DNA of 64,000 nucleotides from an uncultured Thermodesulfobacteriota bacterium (GTDB lineage Bacteria; Desulfobacterota; Desulfomonilia; UBA1062): NCBI GenBank assembly GCA_942491525.1, contig CALOBW010000055.1, positions 328,106 to 392,105 of the forward strand, read 5' to 3'. Shown piece by piece: positions 58,265 to 64,000 of this stretch (position 1 is its first letter; each line of letters starts with the position of its first letter). The notes under the pieces were generated by a model. It saw only the letters and a program-made list of their open reading frames with translations, ran no database searches and was not told where the DNA came from. The position numbers and the translations under genes were made by a program.

Positions 58265-59173
58265 GTGGAATATAAAGATTATTATAAAATTCTCGGGGTG
58301 GAGCGCAGCGCCAGTGCGGATGAGGTCAAGAAGGCCTACCGCAAGCTGGCCCGCAAGTATCATCCTGATACCAACAAGGACAATCCAACTGCCGAGCAGC
58401 AGTTCAAAGAGGTTACCGAGGCCTACGAGGTTCTGAAGGACTCAGAAAAGCGTGCGCGCTATGATGCCCTGGGCAGCAACTGGCAGCAGGGCCAGAACTT
58501 CAGGCCGCCGCCAGGTTTTGAGCAGATGTTCGGCGGCGGATCGCCCTTCGGCGGTGCAAGCTTCTCGTTTGATGCCGGCGGTGGTGGCGGGTTCTCAGAT
58601 TTCTTTGAGTCCATCTTCGGCGGCGGCATGGGCGGCGGTTCACCCTTCGGGCAGGCAGCGCCCCGGCGCGGATCAGACGCCGAGACCGAGATCACCATCA
58701 GTCTCGAAGATGCCCATCATGGAGCCAGCCGCGAAATCTCGCTGCAGGGCGCATCCGGTATCCGGCGCCTGAACGTCAAGATTCCCAAGGGGGCTCAGGA
58801 CGGGCAGAAGATCCGGCTGAGCGGCCAGGGCAATCCCGGTCCGGCTGGCAGCGGCGACCTCTATCTCAAACTGCGCCTGGCCAAGCATCCGCGTTATCAG
58901 CTGGAGGGCAACAACCTTGTGGTTGATGTGCCGGTTGCCTCCTGGGATGCGGCCCTGGGCGGCTCCATCGAGGTCCAGACCCTGGACGGCAAGATCAATC
59001 TCAAGATGCCGGCCGGCATCTCTTCGGGGCAGCGCATGCGTCTCAAGGGCAAGGGGCTGGCCCACAAAGGCGACCTCTTTGCCCAGATTAAGATCATGAC
59101 GCCCAAGAGTCTCAGCGACCAGGAGCGGGAGCTGTTCGAGAAGTTGCGCGCAGTGTCTGACTTTAAAGTTTAG
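58265..59173 (+). CDS. cbpA: DnaJ-like co-chaperone without zinc finger (CbpA-like curved-DNA-binding protein)
   Basis: GTG start. J domain ([34 protein letters not shown]), a G/F-rich region, and C-terminal substrate-binding domains without a CxxCxGxG repeat. Confidence 0.75.
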   Translation: MEYKDYYKILGVERSASADEVKKAYRKLARKYHPDTNKDNPTAEQQFKEVTEAYEVLKDSEKRARYDALGSNWQQGQNFRPPPGFEQMFGGGSPFGGASFSFDAGGGGGFSDFFESIFGGGMGGGSPFGQAAPRRGSDAETEITISLEDAHHGASREISLQGASGIRRLNVKIPKGAQDGQKIRLSGQGNPGPAGSGDLYLKLRLAKHPRYQLEGNNLVVDVPVASWDAALGGSIEVQTLDGKINLKMPAGISSGQRMRLKGKGLAHKGDLFAQIKIMTPKSLSDQERELFEKLRAVSDFKV

Positions 59174-59195
59174 GGGAGCTTCTGCTCCCCTTTTT
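59173..59195 (+). terminator. Rho-independent terminator between convergent cbpA-like and comEA-like genes
   Basis: GGGGAGC-ttct-GCTCCCC followed by TTTTTATTT. Confidence 0.7.
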
Positions 59196-59496
59196 ATTTG
59201 GTGACCTTCAGCGTTGAGGGACCCTGCAGGGCGACATAGGGCCGGATCTTATCCAGGGTGGCCTCGCCGATGCCGCTGACCTGGGCCAGATCGTCGATCT
59301 GGACAAACGGGCCGTTGGCATTTCTGAAGTCAATTATCTTCTGGGCCGTCACCTCACCGATGCCGGGCAGCATGGCCAGCTCCTCCAGGGTGGCGGTGTT
59401 GATGTTGATCACACCGTCCATGGTGGTCTGCATGGCGCTCAGGTTGAGGGCTAAACCCAGAATAAACAGAGTGCTGATCAGGACTAATCTTTTCAT
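59194..59496 (-). CDS. ComEA-like helix-hairpin-helix DNA-binding protein with signal peptide (100 aa)
   Basis: [35 protein letters not shown], the ComEA HhH signature. Confidence 0.75.
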   Translation of the reverse strand: MKRLVLISTLFILGLALNLSAMQTTMDGVININTATLEELAMLPGIGEVTAQKIIDFRNANGPFVQIDDLAQVSGIGEATLDKIRPYVALQGPSTLKVTK

Positions 59497-59572
59497 TGAA
59501 ACCTCCTAATAATAGAAAATTAAATTTCGGGTGGAACCCGATGCAGATATGTTAATGGGGCCAGGAAAACAG

Positions 59573-60496
59573 TCAAGAGCCGTTCTTGTCCAGGGGCGGA
59601 TGGTCGGAGCTGGCGGCGCGCCGGCCGATGTGATCCTGGCTCATGAAGACACCCAGGAGCACAATGGCGCTGGCCGGATACTGCATGGGCGTGAACTTTT
59701 CATTCAGCACCAGCCAGCCCAGGATGACGGTGAAGACCGGGATCAGATTGACGAAGATCGAGGCCTGGTTGGCCGGGATGCGGCTGACGCCCCAGTTGTA
59801 GAGTCCGTAGGCCCCGATGGAGACGAAGGCCCCCAGGTAGATGATGCTGGCGGCGCCGAGCGGCTCAATGGTCTGGGGCCAGCGGCCGCCGCCCATGAGC
59901 AGGATCAGCAGGAAGAAGCCGCAGCCCACATAGGCCTGGACCGCGGTCAGCAGGAAGGGCGAGTAGCGGCTGGTGAGCTTTTTGACGCTGATGGTGTAGC
60001 CGGTGGCGCAGACCATGGCCATAAACTCCAGCAAATTGCCGAAGGCCGGCCGGGGGGCGTCCAGGGTGGGGGCCCCCTCCAGCGAGAGCCAGCAGGCGCC
60101 GAAGACCGCCAGGCTGAAGCCGATCACTGTGCGCGGCTTGATCTGCTCCTTGAGGTAGAAGTGGGCCGTGACGGCCACCAGCACCGGCAGCATGGCCGTG
60201 ATCATGCCGGCCTGGGAGGCGCTTGTGTTCTCCAGGGCTTTGGCCTCGAAGATGAAGTAGAGGCAGGGCTCGAAGATGGCCATCAGCAAAATGTATTTCA
60301 GGTCGCCGTGGCGGTACCTGGCTTTGCGCAGCAGGCGCGGCATGGCCGGCAGAAAGATCAGGCTGGCCACGAACAGGCGTCCCCAGATTGCAAAAAAGGG
60401 GTCATAGGATCTGAAGGCCAACTTGAGGGCCGGGAAGGAGCTGGACCAGAGCAGCATGGCGGTCAATAGCCCGATGTAGGTGAACTTGAGTTGCAT
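59573..60496 (-). CDS. DMT-superfamily (EamA) transporter
   Basis: Ten predicted TM helices and two EamA-like halves. The start was set to ATG MQLKF (60496). Confidence 0.7.
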   Translation of the reverse strand: MQLKFTYIGLLTAMLLWSSSFPALKLAFRSYDPFFAIWGRLFVASLIFLPAMPRLLRKARYRHGDLKYILLMAIFEPCLYFIFEAKALENTSASQAGMITAMLPVLVAVTAHFYLKEQIKPRTVIGFSLAVFGACWLSLEGAPTLDAPRPAFGNLLEFMAMVCATGYTISVKKLTSRYSPFLLTAVQAYVGCGFFLLILLMGGGRWPQTIEPLGAASIIYLGAFVSIGAYGLYNWGVSRIPANQASIFVNLIPVFTVILGWLVLNEKFTPMQYPASAIVLLGVFMSQDHIGRRAASSDHPPLDKNGS

Positions 60497-60581
60497 GGGG
60501 ATATGTCTATGCCTTATGGGGGGCGGAGGCAAGGGGGAGGTTCATTGTATTTGGGACAGAATTAAATTCTGTCCCAATCGC

Positions 60582-61322
60582 TTAAAGAATCTGACTCAAA
60601 AACTTCTGCGCCCGCTCATGCTGCGGGTTTTCAAAGAAGTGCTCGGGCGTACCCTCTTCGATGATGCGGCCCTCGTCCATGAAGATGACCCGGTCGGCCA
60701 CTTCGCGGGCAAAGCCCATCTCGTGGGTCACCACCACCATGGTCATGCCCTCTTTGGCCAGCTTGACCATGACGTCCAGCACTTCGCCGATCATCTCGGG
60801 GTCAAGGGCCGAGGTGGGCTCATCGAAGAGCATCATGCGCGGCTGCATGGCTAAAGCTCGGGCAATGGCCACGCGCTGCTGCTGGCCGCCGGAAAGTTTG
60901 TGGGGATACTGGTTGGCCTTCTCCTGAATGCCGACCTTTTCAAGCAGGCTCTGGGCAATTGCCTGCGCTTCAGCTTTGCTGCGCTTGCGCACCACGCGCT
61001 GGGCCAGGGTCAGATTGTCGAGCACGGTCTTGTGCGGGAAGACGTTGAAGGACTGGAAGACCATGCCCACCTCTTCGCGCACCTTGTTGATGTCGGTCCT
61101 GGGGTCGTAGAGGTCCATGCCGTCCACCACGATGGAGCCGCCGTTGATCTCCTCCAGGCGGTTGATGGAGCGCAGCAGGGTCGACTTGCCGGAACCGCTG
61201 GGGCCGATGATGACCACCTTCTCGCCTTCATGGACGTCCAGCGAGACATCATTGAGGGCCTTGAGCGTGCCGAAATATTTGGAGACATTTTTGATCTCCA
61301 CCATTTTGGAATTATTCTGCAC
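60582..61322 (-). CDS. Polar amino-acid ABC transporter ATP-binding protein (GlnQ-like)
   Basis: Walker [13 protein letters not shown] signature [15 protein letters not shown] and Walker [12 protein letters not shown]. Confidence 0.85.
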   Translation of the reverse strand: MQNNSKMVEIKNVSKYFGTLKALNDVSLDVHEGEKVVIIGPSGSGKSTLLRSINRLEEINGGSIVVDGMDLYDPRTDINKVREEVGMVFQSFNVFPHKTVLDNLTLAQRVVRKRSKAEAQAIAQSLLEKVGIQEKANQYPHKLSGGQQQRVAIARALAMQPRMMLFDEPTSALDPEMIGEVLDVMVKLAKEGMTMVVVTHEMGFAREVADRVIFMDEGRIIEEGTPEHFFENPQHERAQKFLSQIL

Positions 61323-62094
61323 CGATTCTATCCTCCATGATGCTGATCAGTTTTGACAGGAACAGCGTGATAATCAGGTAGACAAGCGCCACCATGGTAT
61401 AGGTCTCAAAGTAGGCGAAGCTCTCGGAGGCGTACTCGCGGCCGCGTCTGAGCAGGTCTGAGACCGCCAGGATCGAGACCAGAGAGGAGTCCTTCAGCAG
61501 GGCCACAAACTCGTTGCCGATGGGCGGCAGAATCGTGCGCACAGCCTGGGGCAGGATCACATGATACATGGACTGAAAGCGCGACATGCCCAGGGAGCGG
61601 GCCGCTTCCATCTGACCGTTGGAGACGGAGTTGATGCCGGCCTTGAAGATCTCGGCCATGTAGGCGCCGTAGCAGATGGCCATGGCCAGGATTGCGCTTG
61701 TCAGCGGCGGCATCTTCACCAGCCGGCCCAGCGCAAAGTAGAGGTAGAAGAGCTGAACCAGCAATGGAATGCCGCGGATGACTTCCACGTAGAGCGAGGC
61801 CAGCCCGTTGATGAAACGGTTCTGCGAGATGCGGCCCAGCCCGGCGATCAGGCCGAAGACCAGTGCCAGCAGAATCGCCATGGTGGTGACCTGGAAGGTT
61901 ACCAGCACGCCGTCCGGCACAAATTTGATGATCTCCCAGTAGGGGTCGGGTTTGACGACTACCAGGGTGATGATGGTGGCGATGGCGCCGAAGAAGGCCA
62001 CCCGCCAGGCCGTGAAGAGGCCCTGGTCATCTTTGGAGGGGATGGCGCCGCCATCCCCCACATCTATCTTAACTTTTTTTACTATCTCAGCCAC
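61312..62094 (-). CDS. Amino-acid ABC transporter permease (HisM/GlnP-like)
   Basis: TM protein with an EAA-like loop ([20 protein letters not shown]). Confidence 0.8.
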   Translation of the reverse strand: MAEIVKKVKIDVGDGGAIPSKDDQGLFTAWRVAFFGAIATIITLVVVKPDPYWEIIKFVPDGVLVTFQVTTMAILLALVFGLIAGLGRISQNRFINGLASLYVEVIRGIPLLVQLFYLYFALGRLVKMPPLTSAILAMAICYGAYMAEIFKAGINSVSNGQMEAARSLGMSRFQSMYHVILPQAVRTILPPIGNEFVALLKDSSLVSILAVSDLLRRGREYASESFAYFETYTMVALVYLIITLFLSKLISIMEDRIGAE

Positions 62095-62870
62095 TTTGTT
62101 TCGAACTCTTTATCCAGTCCCTTGGCCTGAACACCCTTGATGCCTGCGTTGAGCAGATCAACCAGTTCGGTGTTACCCTTCTTGACCACAATGCCGTAGA
62201 ACTCTTCGGTGAAGGGATCACCAACGATTTTGAACTTGGCTTTGTACTCTTCGCGCTGCAGGGCGAAGCTGGCGGCAGTCGGAGTGTCGCAGACAACGCC
62301 GTCGATGCGGCCGGAAGCCATATCTTCAAAGGCCAGCCCGACCTCGTCATAGCTCTTGAGTTCAACGCCCTCAACCTTCTTGATCTCAATGGCGCCGGTG
62401 GTGCCGATCTGGGCGCCGATCTTCTTGCCCTGCATGTCGGCCACGGTTTTGACACCGGCTTCAGCCAGCTCGTTGGGCACGGTCAGGATCTGGCCAACGT
62501 TGATGTAGGGCAGGGTGAAGTCATACTTCTCCTTGCGCTCATCGGTGATGGTTACAGAGGAGATGATGGCGTCATACTTGTCGGTTTCGACGCCGGCAAA
62601 GATGCCGTCCCAGGCGGTGTTTTTAACTTCAACCTTGAAGCCGGCCTCTTCGGCCACAGCCTTGATGAAGTCGACGTCAAAACCGACGATGTTCTTGTCG
62701 GCATCAACCATCTCCATGGGCGGCCAGGTTGCGTCGGTGGCCACGACTACAGTCTTGACGGCTTCAGCCTCCGCCGCGGCGGGAGCAGCAGTTTCATCTT
62801 TCTTTGAGCAGCCCCCCATGACCAGAGCAGCTACGAGCAAAATTCCAAAATACTTTTTCCAATTCGACAT
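62082..62870 (-). CDS. Amino-acid ABC transporter periplasmic substrate-binding lipoprotein
   Basis: Signal and lipobox (VMGGCSKK) and a family-3 SBP fold (...DAIISSVTITDERKEKYDFTLPY...). Confidence 0.8.
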   Translation of the reverse strand: MSNWKKYFGILLVAALVMGGCSKKDETAAPAAAEAEAVKTVVVATDATWPPMEMVDADKNIVGFDVDFIKAVAEEAGFKVEVKNTAWDGIFAGVETDKYDAIISSVTITDERKEKYDFTLPYINVGQILTVPNELAEAGVKTVADMQGKKIGAQIGTTGAIEIKKVEGVELKSYDEVGLAFEDMASGRIDGVVCDTPTAASFALQREEYKAKFKIVGDPFTEEFYGIVVKKGNTELVDLLNAGIKGVQAKGLDKEFETKWLR

Positions 62871-63000
62871 TTAGGTCCTCCTCTGAAAATTTTCAGGAAA
62901 TTTGGCAACAATTATTAACATTATTATTGCAGTCGGTCTAGGATTGAAATCATGGCGTATTGGGCTTACCAAGGCCTGCGGCCTGTGCTATAGGCGCGGG

Positions 63001-63888
63001 ATGGAGAGAAAATTGAAGAGTAACGTAATCAAGTCCGATTCCCTGCTGCTGCTGACGGCCTTTATCTGGGGCACGGCCTTTGTGGCCCAGCGCGCCGGCA
63101 TGGAGCATGTGGGACCCTTTATCTACAATGCGATCCGCTTCCTGCTTGGCAGCCTCATTCTGTTGCCGCTGCTGCTGCGTAAGAATCATACCAGCCGGGT
63201 GACGGCGCCTGACTCTAGGAGCACCATGCTCGGCGGCGCCCTGGCCGGGCTCTTTCTCTTTGCCGGCGCCTCGCTGCAGCAGGTGGGCATCGTGCACACC
63301 ACGGCCGGCAAGGCCGGCTTCATCACCGGGCTCTATGTGGTGCTGGTGCCGATCATGGGCCTGGCCTGGGGCCATGTGCCCAAGCTGCTGAGCTGGATCG
63401 GCGCCGTGCTGGCTGCGGCCGGTTTATATTTGTTGAGCATCACCGGGGGCATGAGCATCTCGCTGGGTGATTCGCTGGTATTGTTGGGAGCCTTCTGCTG
63501 GGCTGCCCATGTGCATGTGGTGGGTCACTTCTCGCCGCGGGTGGATTCGCTCAAGCTGGCCCTGACCCAGTTCCTGATCTGCTCCCTGCTCAGCTTCATG
63601 ACGGCCTTTGCCATCGAGACCAACTCAGTAGCCGGCATCATGGATGCGGCCCTGCCGATTCTGTATGGCGGTATCCTTTCGGTGGGCGTGGCCTACACCC
63701 TGCAGGTGGTGGCCCAGAAGGATGCGCCGCCGACCCATGCGGCCATTATTCTGAGTCTGGAGACGGTCTTTGCGGCCCTGGGCGGTTTTGTGGTGCTGGG
63801 CGAGACGCTCGGACTGCGCGCCATTCTGGGCTGTGGTCTGATGCTGGGCGGGATGCTGATTTCGCAGTCGAATTTCAAGAAGAGTTAA
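63001..63888 (+). CDS. DMT-superfamily (EamA) transporter
   Basis: Ten TM helices. The start was moved to ATG MERKLKS (63001), because the tabulated ORF starts at a TTG far upstream. Confidence 0.7.
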   Translation: MERKLKSNVIKSDSLLLLTAFIWGTAFVAQRAGMEHVGPFIYNAIRFLLGSLILLPLLLRKNHTSRVTAPDSRSTMLGGALAGLFLFAGASLQQVGIVHTTAGKAGFITGLYVVLVPIMGLAWGHVPKLLSWIGAVLAAAGLYLLSITGGMSISLGDSLVLLGAFCWAAHVHVVGHFSPRVDSLKLALTQFLICSLLSFMTAFAIETNSVAGIMDAALPILYGGILSVGVAYTLQVVAQKDAPPTHAAIILSLETVFAALGGFVVLGETLGLRAILGCGLMLGGMLISQSNFKKS

Positions 63889-64000
63889 GGGGGCCTGTCG
63901 GCCCCCTCAGTTTGATTACTGGTTGAATACGCTCGAGAGGCCTTCGAGGGTGGTGCCCAGGAAGAAGCGCCCGTCGCTCATGGCACACTTGGTGTTGCTG

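Noticed and set aside
62871..63000. TGGCAA ... TTGCAG pair in the divergent region between the ABC transporter and the DMT gene, as a sigma-54 promoter
   Set aside because: The spacing between the GG and GC elements is about 19 nt longer than allowed.

Overview
This 64 kb window looks like a chromosomal segment from a high-GC (about 60 %) deltaproteobacterium / Desulfobacterota-like genome. That call rests on gene content, GC-rich codon usage and heavy reliance on sigma-54. Most long ORFs on the opposite strand of real genes are GC artefacts.

Order of content:
- **1..3400, flagellar basal-body operon on the minus strand:** fliG (partial), fliF, fliE, flgC and flgB, with a candidate sigma-54 promoter upstream of flgB.
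- **3391..8789, flagellar regulators:** a FleQ-like sigma-54 activator with a degenerate receiver domain, a secreted TPR protein and an FlrC-like sigma-54 response regulator.
- **8826..19458, housekeeping block:** IHF/HU, a pseudouridine synthase, sfsA, an M50 protease, trpS, scpAB, a PilZ-like::SAM-methyltransferase fusion, mogA, an EF-G paralog and holB.
- **19460..25742, compositionally distinct low-GC island:** four tandem, paralogous acidic lipoprotein genes. Each ends in its own GGGCGCCC-type terminator. At least two are preceded by near-consensus sigma-54 promoters with leaders of about 300 nt.
- **25743..35702, proteostasis and envelope genes:** htpX; hslO with an apparent frameshift plus a G11 tract; a very large cytoplasmic hybrid histidine kinase (PAS, HisKA, HATPase, two REC domains, Hpt) with a REC-HDOD partner; a CPBP protease; and a Tat-exported M48-TPR lipoprotein.
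- **35622..44219, miscellaneous genes:** a pseudouridine synthase, a standalone PilZ protein, an Smr protein, a LysR regulator, an AT-rich (foreign-looking) serine hydrolase / beta-lactamase-family gene, and pyruvate:ferredoxin oxidoreductase.
- **44453..52381, sensing and envelope ATPases:** ffh, a GAF/PAS histidine kinase with a sigma-54 response regulator, and two tandem ExeA-like AAA+ ATPases carrying C-terminal SPOR domains.
- **52449..64000, remaining genes:** a comF / hypothetical / (Rossmann domain fused to an HldE adenylyltransferase domain) operon, an outer-membrane barrel plus lipoprotein pair, a polyprenyl synthase, a cbpA-like J-protein, a ComEA-like protein, two DMT transporters and an amino-acid ABC transporter.

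I saw no rRNA, tRNA, CRISPR array or transposase. The most interesting candidates for an undescribed system are the sigma-54-driven lipoprotein island, the PilZ::methyltransferase fusion and the paired ExeA-SPOR ATPases. All functional calls are from motif recognition by eye; no database search was run.
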